From the human T2T-CHM13v2.0 reference genome, Homo sapiens: a stretch of DNA of 64,000 nucleotides. The DNA is taken from the NCBI RefSeq assembly GCF_009914755.1, contig NC_060926.1; one strand, 5' to 3'. Under the pieces are notes generated by a model, which saw only the letters and a list, made by a program, of their open reading frames with translations, did no database searches and was not told the origin of the DNA. The stretch's first letter is position 1. Each line of letters starts with the position of its first letter. Made by a program: the position numbers and the translations under genes. Positions 14,584 through 26,200 of this stretch are shown here, one piece after another.

Positions 14584-14756
14584 GTGTGTGTGTGTGTGCG
14601 TGTGTGTGCGTGCGTGTGTGTGCATGTGCGCGCATGCGCGTGTGTGCGTGTGTGTGCGTGCAGGTGTGCGTGTGCGCGTGTGTGTGCGCGCGCGTGTGTA
14701 CGTGTGCGTGTGTGTGCGCGCGCGTGTACGTGCGCGTGTGTGCGTGTGCGTGTGTG
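14584..14756. repeat. Alternating purine-pyrimidine (TG/CG) tract, Z-DNA-prone
   Basis: 173 bp of purine-pyrimidine alternation broken only at 14662-14664; many intact CpGs. Confidence 0.9.
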
Positions 14757-14944
14757 GTTTTCATACGCATGGGTTTCAGGGAAAATACGTCTTGGCTTTT
14801 TCAGACTGTTGCCTTGGTTCAACAAAGGTTCCTGGAGGTCTCTGAGGACCTGGGCTGCTGGGGTGAAGCCTGGGGCTGGGGGTTGGGAGAGGGCTGGGGG
14901 TGAAGGAGCGGAACCACACGTCCCCCCTGCACACTGCTGTGCGA

Positions 14945-15410
14945 CATCAGACACCCACGCCCACAGGGACACACACGGACCCACGCACACAGATGCACAC
15001 ACCCACACAAAAACATGCACACTGACACTCCCACAGGGACACACACACAGACCCACTCAGGAGGATGTACATGCTTACACACACACACTGACACACGGAC
15101 CCACTCACGTGGATGTACACACTTACAAACATGCACACCAGCACTTCCACGGGAAAACACATGCACTCACACGGATGCGCACACACACATACACATGCAT
15201 ACTGACACTCCCACAGGGACACACAGACCCACTCATGGATGCACATGCTCACACACATGCATGCACACTGGCACACACACGGGCCAACTTACACGATGCA
15301 CATGCTCACACAATTTACACAACTTGCACATGGACACACACTCACTCTGGACATTCTTTCATACTCACACTCACTCTCACACTAGTGGGCACACTCACAG
15401 ACACACACAC
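14945..15410. repeat. CA-rich low-complexity tract with internal duplications
   Basis: catgca(c/t)actgacactcccacagggacacac occurs at ~15014 and ~15194. Confidence 0.85.
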
Positions 15411-16418
15411 GGGATGTCACCGAGCACCACGTCACCCGTCCCTCCAGCTTCCACATCCTCCCCCCAGTGCCTGGGGCCTCCCTGGACCTCCTTCCCTGTG
15501 GCAGAATCCTCACGGTGACCCCTCTCCTGGCGGCCGCCTTGGGGAGCCCATGCCTGCCTCTGGGCTGACACCCACCCCTCCCACCACGCTCAGCCGCTCT
15601 GCGGGAGGAGGGTCTCGTTGCGCTGGTTTGCCCCTTGGCTCAGGGGAGTTCTCCAATAATTCTCGCTGAACACTCACCTCCCGCGAGCTCTGCAGGTCAA
15701 CTGGCTGTTCTCATGTTTGTGCAAGAGGTGTGGGAGTGAGCACTTACACGGCCAGGCCCTGTGGTGAGCAGTAAAGGTCCCAGGTCGCAGGGCCAGTCTT
15801 CAGCGATCCCTGCTAGAGCTCAGGTCTCCTGGCAGGACAGCAACACAGCCTGGGGGCTGCTGCAGGCTGGCCTGGGTGTGTGGCAGAAGCGGCCCTGAGG
15901 CGCGGCGCGGGGCCCACCTGTGTTCGCCACACTCCCGACCAGGTGCTGATGCCAGTGGCGTGTCCCCTGCCCTGTGGGCCCCACTGAGGTGGCCCAAGAC
16001 CTTGGGCTTATGACACCACATCCCTGTACACCCTGGGTCTCAGACGCTGGCCCCGGCCACCTCTCAGCACCTTCTCTTTGAGCTTGGCAGGCACAGAGGG
16101 AGGCGCGGGATTGGGGTCCCCACCCCGGCTTCCTGGAGGACCTGGACTTTCCTCCTGCCTGTGTCTCCTCCCCCTGCAGGTGGGAACCAGGCTCTGGGTA
16201 GCGCCTGAGCGGGTTCTTTCCCCAAGGCGCTCCCGGGACAGCTGGTTGCAGCCCCAGAGCTGCACCAAGCCTGGCACACCCACAGTTTGATTGGCCCACA
16301 AGTGCGCTTAGAAGTCACTTGTGTGGCATGAGGGGACCTTGTGGGGCTGGAAGAATTGTGTGTCTTGATCATAGTGGGGGGTGCAAGAAACAACACGCAT
16401 GATGAAACTGCAGGAAGT

Positions 16419-17270
16419 ACACATACACCACTCACACACACACACAAATGCACACAATACACACACAAACACACACATAAACGCACACAACACACACACA
16501 AAAACACACAAACACTCCACATACCCACTTACACACATAAACACACACCACGCGCCACACAAATATACCACACACTACACACACACCCCCCACACTGTAC
16601 ATACACACCACATACACACACACCACACAAACACACTACACCCCCCACTTACAAACACACACCACCTACACCACACACAAACACACATCACATGGCACAC
16701 AAACATACCACACACTACACACACACCCCACATTGTACATACGCACCACATACACAAACACATACCACACAAACACACCACACCCCCACATACACACACA
16801 AAGTCACGCCACATACACCACACACCATACAAACATACCACACACACAGACATACCACATACACATACACATAGATACCATACCATACACACTACCCACT
16901 ACATACCACATATACATACCCCACACCACACACACATACACACGCCACACTGTACACATATACCCCCCATACAAAATACAATCCCCCAAACACACACCAC
17001 ATACACCATGCACCATACATACCACACACTACACACACACTTCACACTGTACATAGACACCACATACACACACATACCACACACACAAACACACCACACC
17101 CCCACATACACACAAACACAAACCACATGCACCACACACCACACAAACATACCACACACTGCACACACCACACATACCACATACACACACATGCACACAC
17201 ATACAACATACCATGTACACTACACACTATATACCACACATACATACCCCACACCACACACACCCACACG
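16419..17270. repeat. Complex CA-rich minisatellite (left arm of fold-back)
   Basis: Recurring cacaaacataccacacactacacacacccc units. Confidence 0.9.
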
Positions 17271-17338
17271 AGTGACATGTGAATAAGCTCTTGGTCCATA
17301 CTGGTGCCAGATGCCTGGGTGTGACGTGACGACACCAC

Positions 17339-18888
17339 TGTATGTGTGGCATATAATGTGGTATATAATATACCATATGGTATGTTGTCTGTGTGGATAT
17401 GTATGTGGTATGTTTGTGCAGTGTGTGGGGTGTGTGTAGTATGCAGTGTGTTTGTGCTGTGCAGTGTGTGTGTGGGTATGTGGGGATGTGGTGTGTTTGT
17501 GTGTGGTATGTGTTTGTGTATGAGGTGTGTATGGACAGTGGGATGCGTGTGTAGTGTGCGGTATGTTTGTGTGGTGTGTGGTGTGTGTGATGTGTTTGTG
17601 TGTGGGAGGGGTGTGGTGTGTTTGTGTGGTGTGTGGTGTATGTAGTGTGTTTGTGTATGTGGCAGTGTGGTGTGTTTGTGTGTGTGGTATTTGTATGTGG
17701 TGTGTATGTACAGTGCGGGGTGTGTGTAGTGTGTAGTATGTTTGTGTGGTGTGTGTGTGTATGTGGAGGTGTGGTGTATTTGTGGTTGTGGTATGTGTAT
17801 GTGGTGTTTATGTAGTGTGGGGTGTGTGTAGTGTGTGGTATGTTTGTGTGCTGTGTGTGTGTATGTGGGGGTGTGGTGTGTTTGTGTGTGTGGTATTTGT
17901 ATGTGGTGTGTATGTACAGTGCGGGGTGTGTGTAGTGTGTGGTATGTTTGTGTGGTGTGTGTGTGTATGTGGAGGTGTGGTGTGTTTGTGGTTGTGGTAT
18001 GTGTATGTGGTGTGTATGTAGTGTGGGGTGTGTGTAGTGTGTGGTATGTTTGGTGTGTGTGTATGTGGGGGTGGGGTGTGTTTGTGGGTGTGGTATGTGT
18101 ATGTGGTGTGTAGTGTGGGGTGTGTGTAGTGTGTGGTATGTTTGTGTGGTGTGTGTGTGTATGTGGGGGTGTGGTGTGTTCGTGGGTGTGGTATGTGTAT
18201 GTGGTGTGTATGTAGTGTGGGGTGTGTGTAGTGTGTGGTATGTTTGGTGTGTGTTTGTGTATGTGGAGGTGTGGTGTGTTTGTGGTTGTGGTATGTGTAT
18301 GTGGTGTGTATGTAGTGGGTGTGTGTAGTGTGTGGTATGTTTGGTGTGTGTGTATGTGGGGGTGGGGTGTGTTTGTGGGTGTGGTATGTGTATGTGGTGT
18401 GTAGTGTGGGGTGTGTGTAGTGTGTGGTATGTTTGTGTGGTGTGTGTGTGTGTATGTGGGGGTGGGGGTGTGGTGTGTTCGTGGGTGTGGTATGTGTATG
18501 TGGTGTGTATGTAGTGTGGGGTGTGTGTAGTGTGTGGTATGTTTGGTGTGTGTGTATGTGGGGGTGGGGTGTGTTTGTGGGTGTGGTATGTGTATGTGGT
18601 GTGTAGTGTGGGGTGTGTGTAGTGTGTGGTATGTTTGTGTGGTGTGTGTGTGTGTATGTGGGGGTGGGGGTGTGGTGTGTTCGTGGGTGTGGTATGTGTA
18701 TGTGGTGTGTATGTAGTGTGGGGTGTGTGTAGTGTGTGGTATGTTTGGTGTGTGTGTATGTGGGGGTGGGGTGTGTTCGTGGGTGTGGTATGTGGTGTGT
18801 ATGTAGTGTGGGGTGTGTGTAGTGTGTGGTATGTTTGGTGTGTGTGTGTATGTGGGGGTGGGGTGTGTTCGTGGGTGTGGTATGTGTG
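17339..18888. repeat. Complex TG-rich minisatellite (right arm, inverted copy of 16419-17270) with 202-bp higher-order repeat
   Basis: ggggtgtgtgtagtgtgtggtatgtttgtg is the reverse complement of the left-arm unit; identical 60-aa translations start at 18332 and 18534. Confidence 0.9.
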
Positions 18889-19458
18889 GAAACTGGGTGA
18901 AAGGCACATGGGACATCTCTGTGTTGTCTTTGCAACTTCCCGTGTGTCTGCAATTGTTTTGAAAGCACGCATTTTAAAGCAAGAATCCGCCGTTGACAGC
19001 TCCCGCCAGCGGCTGACCCATTTCTCTGCGTCCTCCTCGCTGGAACCCAGCCCTCTGCTGCCCGAAACCCCACAGCTCCCTCGGGCCTGCACGGGGCCAA
19101 CGTGCCGAGCCTCTCTTGTCCCCAGGCAGCCTGTTCTGAGGGGCTCACCCACAGCCAGACCGCATTCATGGCTGCGCTGAGCACGGGCCAGGGAGAGGCC
19201 CCGGGGTGGTGAGTGTGAGAAAGGGCACTCGGGGGCAGGAAAGGGCACTCGGGGGAGGGAAAGGGCTTGGCCTGGCCCAGGGGGCAGGGGTTGCGGAAGC
19301 CTGGGCTGGCCCCGTAGCAGTCACCTGCCCAGTGTCTTTTGGGAGGAACATGAGTAGAACAGAGCCAGCTCTCTCAGGGCCTGCCCCGTGTCCCGTCCCA
19401 CCCAGCCTTGGGACAGTCTCAGGACGATCCTGCAGGAGGCCGAGCGAGGCGGCCGTAG

Positions 19459-19486
19459 CTCACGGTCCCCCTTCCGTATCTTCCAG
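19459..19486 (+). promoter_or_regulatory. TWIST2: Branch point, polypyrimidine tract and 3' splice site of the TWIST2 last exon
   Basis: ctcAc...cccccttccgtatcttccag|g; branch A 25 nt upstream of the exon start. Confidence 0.8.
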
Positions 19487-19864
19487 GCTGTCCGTCGCGT
19501 CGGCGGCGCAAGTGGAATTGGGATGCATTCGAGTCTGTAACTTCTGAAACCTGAACAACCTCAGGAGGCCCCCACCTCTGCCCTCCACCAGCGTCGAGAG
19601 AAGGGACAGCAGTGACATCGGACAGAAGACCCGGGCTCCCGTCCTCCCCCAGGACGGTCCCCACATAGGAAGGGCACTCCCAGCCCTCTTGCTGGTGACA
19701 TTGTCATGGTCATCTTGTTTCTGTTTGGATTTTTCTTCTGGGTCTTATGTTTGGGGGGAGGTTTATTCTTTCTGAAAATGTCTAGATTCAGGAACACATT
19801 TATGAGGATTTGGATTTTGAATTTGTATTTCCCTCTAAGTGCCTTTTTTAATGTCTATTTTTTT

Positions 19865-19870
19865 AATAAA
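19865..19870 (+). terminator. TWIST2: Proximal polyadenylation signal AATAAA
   Basis: tttttttAATAAAacag. Confidence 0.65.
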
Positions 19871-20161
19871 ACAGAAATGCATTCTTGTACAATTCTGTTG
19901 AAACTGGACCAAGGCTCTCAGAAGAGGACCCCCGAGTTCCTTCCCCTCCCCCGAGCCTCTGCATGATTGTTTCAAGTCAGCCTGGAATTCTTACTTTCAC
20001 GCCGCTATTCTTTTCCTTTCTCCGTGATTGCTTGGCTAGCCATTTTAAAAAAAATATTCTCTGTTCAGTGTATATGTTGCTTGTTTGTTTTATTTATTGA
20101 GATATTTTTACAAGCTAAGTGACTGCAGTGTGGCTGTGTATCCTGCTCCCCACCCAGGAAA

Positions 20162-20167
20162 AATAAA
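20162..20167 (+). terminator. TWIST2: Distal polyadenylation signal AATAAA
   Basis: ggaaaAATAAAgacgtccgcgcagcc followed by pyrimidine/GU-rich sequence. Confidence 0.75.
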
Positions 20168-21309
20168 GACGTCCGCGCAGCCATGGTCTCCCCATCTCTG
20201 TTCTCATCTCTACTTCGCAGCTCAGGGCTCTGCCTGAGAGAGTCAGAACAGGTTGCAAGAATCACTATTACTTCACTTTAAAAGGCACGAGAGAGGATGT
20301 GAGACATTTTATGCTGTGCATGTTTGTAGAAATTTCTAGAAACTACCAACTCTAACATGGTTGCCAGTGTGAACAGACCGAGGCCTGGGAGAGCGGAGGG
20401 GGCCTCAGCCCTTTCCCAGTGCCTAGTCCTCTGCTGCTCCCCAGCAGCCTCAGCACAAGAGACCATTGCTGTCACACCCACGCCCCGCTCTTGATACAGA
20501 AGCGTGCCCATTCTGTGAGCCACCCCTGCTGTCCAAAGTCCGGGCCAGCCTTCCCTGCTGCTCACCCTGGGTGGTATTCCCTGCTCTCCCAAGCATGGCA
20601 TTCATTTGTGCCACCACCTCCCTGCTTCTCCGAACGAGTCACCGTCTGCTCCACATGCATCCGTGCCATGTTGACCATGAGCTCACCAGGCAGCTGGCTA
20701 AGAATGGAGCACCTGGGTGTGCAGGTTAGGTTGGCATCCTGCCCAGAAATCCCAGAAGGACCATGATCTGCCATCAAGGAGAGTCAGCCTGGGTCTGGTG
20801 CAGGCGGGCACCTCTGCATGAGGGCAAGGGCTCTATGCCCTGCCCGCTACCTCCTTACCATGCCAGCACCCATGAGCACTGGGGGCTGGGTGTTGCTTGT
20901 GGACCCCAGGGTGGAGGCTTCCAGCTCTGGAGACTGAGAGTCACCAGGTCACTACCCTGAGCCACCAAACGCATGTCTCCTGGGGGACATCTGGTACCGG
21001 GGTCTGCTGGGTGGAGCTGCCCACCAAGCAGTGGACACACAGAGCCCACCCAGCTCCTAGACAGAGGTTCTGGAAGTAGGGGTCTCTGGCAGGATGGTGG
21101 TGGCTTGCGAGCCTCATTTCCCACTCCCACCCTGTCCCCAGGTCCACCACGGCAAGGACAGGAGCTCCGGAAACACCAGCATGGCCTCAGCTTCCATCTG
21201 GCTCCTGTTGGTGACCTTGATGCAGCACTGGCTTCCACTGGGGCTGGCATCACCGGGAGCGCCTGTCTAGGTCACAGATCCTTGAAGCACAAGCGCCAGA
21301 ACCCACTGC

Positions 21310-21672
21310 ATGCAACAAGCACACAGACACACACACACACATGCCCAGATCGCACATGCACATGCCACACACATGCATGCACACACACCACACACACATG
21401 CACACACCACACACATGCATGCACACACACACCACACACATGCACACATCACACACACATGCACACGCCACACACACACGCACACACCACACACACGCAT
21501 GCACACACCACACACACATGCACACACCACACACACACATGCAGGCACACAGACCACACACACAATGCGTGTGAACACACTTGGCACACTTCAAACACAC
21601 GCAAACGTACCCAGGTCACATGAATGTATGCACATACAACCAGCATACACATGCACACATGTGCACACACAA
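21310..21672. repeat. CA-rich low-complexity tract (cacatgcacacaccacac units)
   Basis: Directly visible. Confidence 0.9.
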
Positions 21673-24619
21673 GACTCTGGGGAGATAGAATGGGGCAGCT
21701 GTGGTCCCAGCAGTGAAAGGCCCTGCCCTCCCCAGTACTGTCTGGCATGCTCTGCTGAGGCCCGTGGAGGCCACGAAGACTATGAAGGCCACGGTGCCCT
21801 CCCTCCTGACGTGATTCAAATAGAAATAATCCCAAGTCATGTAATGCAAAGCTGGCGGACAGTGGGGCCAGAGGAGCCTCTTTCTTGGTTTCCAAGTTGA
21901 AAACTTCGTTATTCCTCTGCCCGGTGCCCTGAGCCTGGTTTCCTGGTGAGCAACAGCCTCTTGTCACCTCTGTGGGGGACCCAGCCCTGTGAGTGCTCAC
22001 ACCGAAGCCCCAGGCAGAAGGGGCAAGGAATGAAAGGGCCCCGTGCAAATGAGGGGGCACCCTGGCCCCACGTGGGAGGTCAGGGATGGAGTTCAGTGGG
22101 GGCCTCAGAGCAGTGACCAAGCCGGGGGGGTCATCCCAGGGCCTCCCTGCGGCGGCCGCCTCTCCGGGCATCACCGCCTGCTGCCTGTTCCCAGCCCAAC
22201 TGCTGCACACTCTGGTAGCCACATCAGGGTGTCCTCCTCCCCCAGCCCTGGCCTCTCCTGGGGTCTCTCCTGGGGCTTTTGTCTCCAACTCTGGGCATCC
22301 AAGGAGCGGGTCACCGACACCTTAGGCTACGTGGAAATACGCGGCTGTGGACACGGGCTCACTTCCTGTTTTCACCCCCACACACACATTCCTGGAAGAG
22401 GTGCCGAAAGACGCTGGCTTCCGGAACACGTGTGTGTGTGTCTATGGTTCCATACGCACGCTGGCACGCGTGTATTTGCATGTGTGTGATGCATGTCTAT
22501 GGACTATGGACGCAGGTACCTGCTCTCCCATAACCTGCTGCTGGCTCTCCTCCCCAGGCATGTCGTGGGGCCACTTCCCTGTGCTGGCTCCTGCTCTGGG
22601 GTCTCACAGCTTCTCTGGGGTCAACCAGAGCCCTCTGCAGTCACGGCCCTGAGAACAGACCTGAGTGAGCTGGTGTGCACATGTTTTCAGGGTCAGATGA
22701 CTGGTGAGTCCGCAGAACAGGAGACTGTTCAGAGCCCCAGGGGCTGTCTAAAGGAAAACCTACCCCAAACCCATCTCACTTCCGCCTGTGTTCAAAGGCA
22801 GCCCGACGGAGTCCCCAGCTGTCAGGTGACCAGGTCAGCCTGAGGAGCCTGGGTGCAGACATGTGGGGTGAGGGGACCTGGAGGGGGCGGCAGCACTGCC
22901 GGGACCCCTGCACCCAGCCAGGCCCTGGCATCGCAGACCATCCTTGAGGGAGGGCCGCTGGCCAGGCAGGTGGGGGCCTTGAGTCTGAATTTCCCCGCAG
23001 GGCGAGACATGCTGGGGGCGGGGGCTCCTCTGCAGGTCCTCAGCCTCAGGTCTGAAACACAGCCTTGGGCCTGTGCAGTGGCCAAGACCAACACGTCTCG
23101 ATGGAAAAGTCTCACTCTTTGATTTTGAAAGTGACTGCAGACAGAGGTGGGACTTCCAGGTTGTAGCTGATGGAACACAGGCCCCATGGGAGCCGGGAGT
23201 CATGCGGCAGCAAAGAGGCAACGGGAACTCAGCCCCAGGTCAGCCGTCTCCCTGCAGCCCCAGTGCCATCTGCAGGATGCTGTGTGGCTCTGAGTGACAT
23301 AGTTTGGAGGGTTGCTGGCAGCCCTGAGCACCCCAGAAGAGGAGGTGGGGACCCTCACAGGAGACCAGACAGCCTCTGGGTAAGGCAGAGTGGGGATGGG
23401 CTGTCTGGAAGAGTGAGGCCTGGGTGGGCAGGGTGGGTCCTGGGGAGAGGCAGTATATTCCACGTGGCTACAGAGGCCAGGTGCAGCCTTGTGTTATCCT
23501 GCACCTGCAGGGCCATGAAAATGGCTGTCAGTCATAGAAACGGTGCCATCGGAGGCTCGTCGAACACCTCACTGTGTGTGGCATGGGTATGCCTGTGGGC
23601 CGCCACACGTAGGGGCCAACGTGTACAGAGGCAATCTGCCCCACAGATGCCTTCAACCCACAGGCTAAGATGCCACGTCGTCTGGGGCCAGGACCATCTG
23701 AAAGAGGGGGCACCCAGAGCAGTCACCACATGCAGAGGAAGAGTACGGGGCATGTGGCCTGCTCCTGTGTACCGTCCCTGCATCCTGCTTCTCTGTAGGC
23801 GGGGTCACCCACACTCTGTCTCCCTGTTAAGCCCTTTGGCTTGGGGTAAGACAGATCTAACCCTCCATCCACGGAGCACCGCCTCACTGCCCACACAGGA
23901 CCGGAGCCACTTGAGCTGCAAAGTCCAGAGCAAGTGAAGGCCCAGAGAGTACAGTGATGACAGCCCTTATGGGATTGAATGTGGGCACCTCATAAACCGT
24001 AGTGCAGAGGTCCGTTCTGACCCCCAGCCCGTAGGAAGACTCAAAGTGTCCTTTCCCTCAAGGAACCCGACAGCTGCCTGGGAGTGTCAGGGCTCTTTAG
24101 AAACAGCCACGCCCTTTGCCTGCTCATGGCCACACTGGTTTGTACCCCGGTGGACTTGACTTTCCCCCTCCAAGCACCAGTCTCCCTGAGATGAAGCCCC
24201 CAATATCTACTTCTGGGTCTGCTTGCTGCCGACTGCCAGTTCTGTCCTCCTGAATAAAGACTCTCATCCTGACCTGGGCTGGGCTCGGGGCTGCCTTTTT
24301 CCTGCCGCCCCATCCAAGGCTGAGTGGACTCGCCCATCCTCCACACATATTTCCAGCAGGTCTCATCACTCGCTGACTCAGTGACCCAGGAAACAGGCCC
24401 GACTGCCGAAAGAAAGTGGGGAGGGCATGAGTGGGAGCCAGAGGAGGAGAGAGGGATGGGAGAGGTGCTGGGGTGCATTGGCCAGGAAGGATGACCAGGC
24501 CATGCCCGGGTTCCGGGGGTCTAGGGATGAAGCGTGGGAGGGAGCAGGGAGGGCAGGAAGCTGTCCGGCAGCTCTGCATTGCAGGAAGCGTGTTTAGGTG
24601 TGACCGGTTACACATGCAT

Positions 24620-25039
24620 GATTATCAGTGTTTCCCCCTGAAATCCTCCAAAAGATATGTTTACATCTAAACCCCTGGAACCTGTGAATGGACCCTACTT
24701 GGGAAAAGTCTTTGCAGATGTAATTAAGTTAAGGATCTGGAGATGAGACCATCTGGATTTGGGGTGGCTCCTAAATCAAGGACGGCCTTACAAGAGAAGG
24801 GCAGTGGGAGATTTCAGAGAACACTGGGAGATGACAGAGGCAGGGATGGGAGTGACGTGTCCACAAGCCAAGGAATGCTGGAGAGCAGCCTGGAACAGGC
24901 GCTCCCTCCGAGCCTCCAGAAAGAACCAGCCCCGCCCACACCTTGATTCAAATTTCTGCCCCCAGAACTCTGGGAGAATCCACTTCTGAAGCTATCAGTT
25001 TGTGGTTGTTTGGTGCAGCAGCCACAAGGAACAAATACA
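24620..25039 (+). mobile_element. MLT1 (MaLR) solo LTR, MLT1B/C-like
   Basis: gtctttgcagatgtaattaagttaaggatct...agccaaggaatgc...gcagcagccacaaggaacaaataca. Confidence 0.85.
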
Positions 25040-25699
25040 GCCCCCGAAAGTGACATCAAAGAAGGAATGACCTGTGAATGCGCAGGAGAGGGGGACAGGG
25101 GCAGCCTGCAGACAGGAGACCCTGTGAGGCTCATGGAAGATGAGTGGGGAAGGGTGGGCAGCCCCTCGGCTGAACCTCGAAAGAGGAAATGCAGCAGGGA
25201 GGCCTGAGTCGGGGAAGCTGGACCAGCAGGCTGGTCCCAGAAGGACTGGGGACTGGCAGGTGACAAAACCTCTAATTCTGAGGTACAGCATGGGGCTAAA
25301 GCTGCAGGACCGGCTGATGATCTGCAAGAGACACGGGGAGACCCTGTTCCTAGCTCAGAGTTGATGACCACTCTCCCCCACTCCTGCCAGCTGGAGGGGT
25401 CCAGGAAGGGTCTGAACCCCAGCACAGCCTTGTGGAGCAGGTGGGAATGGAGGACTCGGGGTGACTCTAGGAGGCTCCCCACTTCTCCCCTGCTCAATGC
25501 CAGCTGCTGGAAGCCCAGCCTTGCCTCTCCAGGCAGGAGGCTGGAGAACCCCTCTCAGCTTCCGTTATAAATGGACACCCGGGACAGACAGGCCAGAACA
25601 AACACACAGAAGAAGCACAGAGGAAGGGGGAGAAGCACGTCAGAGGTGCCGCCGGAGAGAAGCTCCCATACCTCCGAGATACAGCGACCGGCGAAAAAG

Positions 25700-26200
25700 A
25701 GAACTGAGAATTCCAGTGATCTCCTGTGAATTAGGAAAACCATTTCTTGAATGGAAACTTTAGTAGCAGTTTTGGAAGATGAAATGAGAGAAATCATACG
25801 CAGCAGGGCAAAAAGACAAAGAGAAGAAGAAAAACAAAACAAAACAAAAAGATTTGAGCACGAATCCAGGAAGTCCAATGAGGAGTCCCAGAAAGACAGA
25901 ACAGAGAAAAGCAGGATTCAGAGCTGAGAGGCATGCGTTTCCGGGTTGAAAGGGCCATGGGAATGTCCTACACGGAGAAGGAAAGGAGGAGGGAGGGAAA
26001 GAAGGAGGAGGGAGGGAAAGAAAGAAGGAGGAGGAAGGGAAAGAAAGAAGGAGGAGGGAGGGAAAGAAGCACTGCAGGAGTGGCACACGCGGTGCTGATG
26101 TCGAAGCGCCAGTTCTAGGATGATCGAGGGGGCTAGTAGTTATCGTCCCTCTCCCCTGCCCAGGTTCTGGGCAATTTGGAAAAATAAAACAACAGAGAGG
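25700..26200 (+). mobile_element. Highly diverged L1M ORF1-region remnant interrupted by a GGA/GAA purine tract (25974-26068)
   Basis: gaatccaggaagtccaa...gagtcccagaaag...ttccgggttgaaagggcc resembles old L1 ORF1. Confidence 0.45.

Larger units (their letters stand above)
19487..20185 (+). other. TWIST2: TWIST2 terminal exon (non-coding 3' UTR); 3' end approximate
   Basis: gctgtccgtcgcgtcggcggcgcaagtggaattgggatgcattcgagtctgtaac... recognised from TWIST2 mRNA (recall); all frames stop within ~70 nt; U-rich UTR character; two AATAAA. Confidence 0.85.

Noticed and set aside
11358-19248. Long His/Thr/Pro- or Val/Cys-rich ORFs (up to 673 aa)
   Set aside because: Stop-poor translations of CA/TG repeats, open in several frames at once; not proteins
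19487-19560. Last exon as coding C-terminus
   Set aside because: All three frames stop within ~70 nt with no recognisable peptide; the TWIST2 CDS is known to end in exon 1
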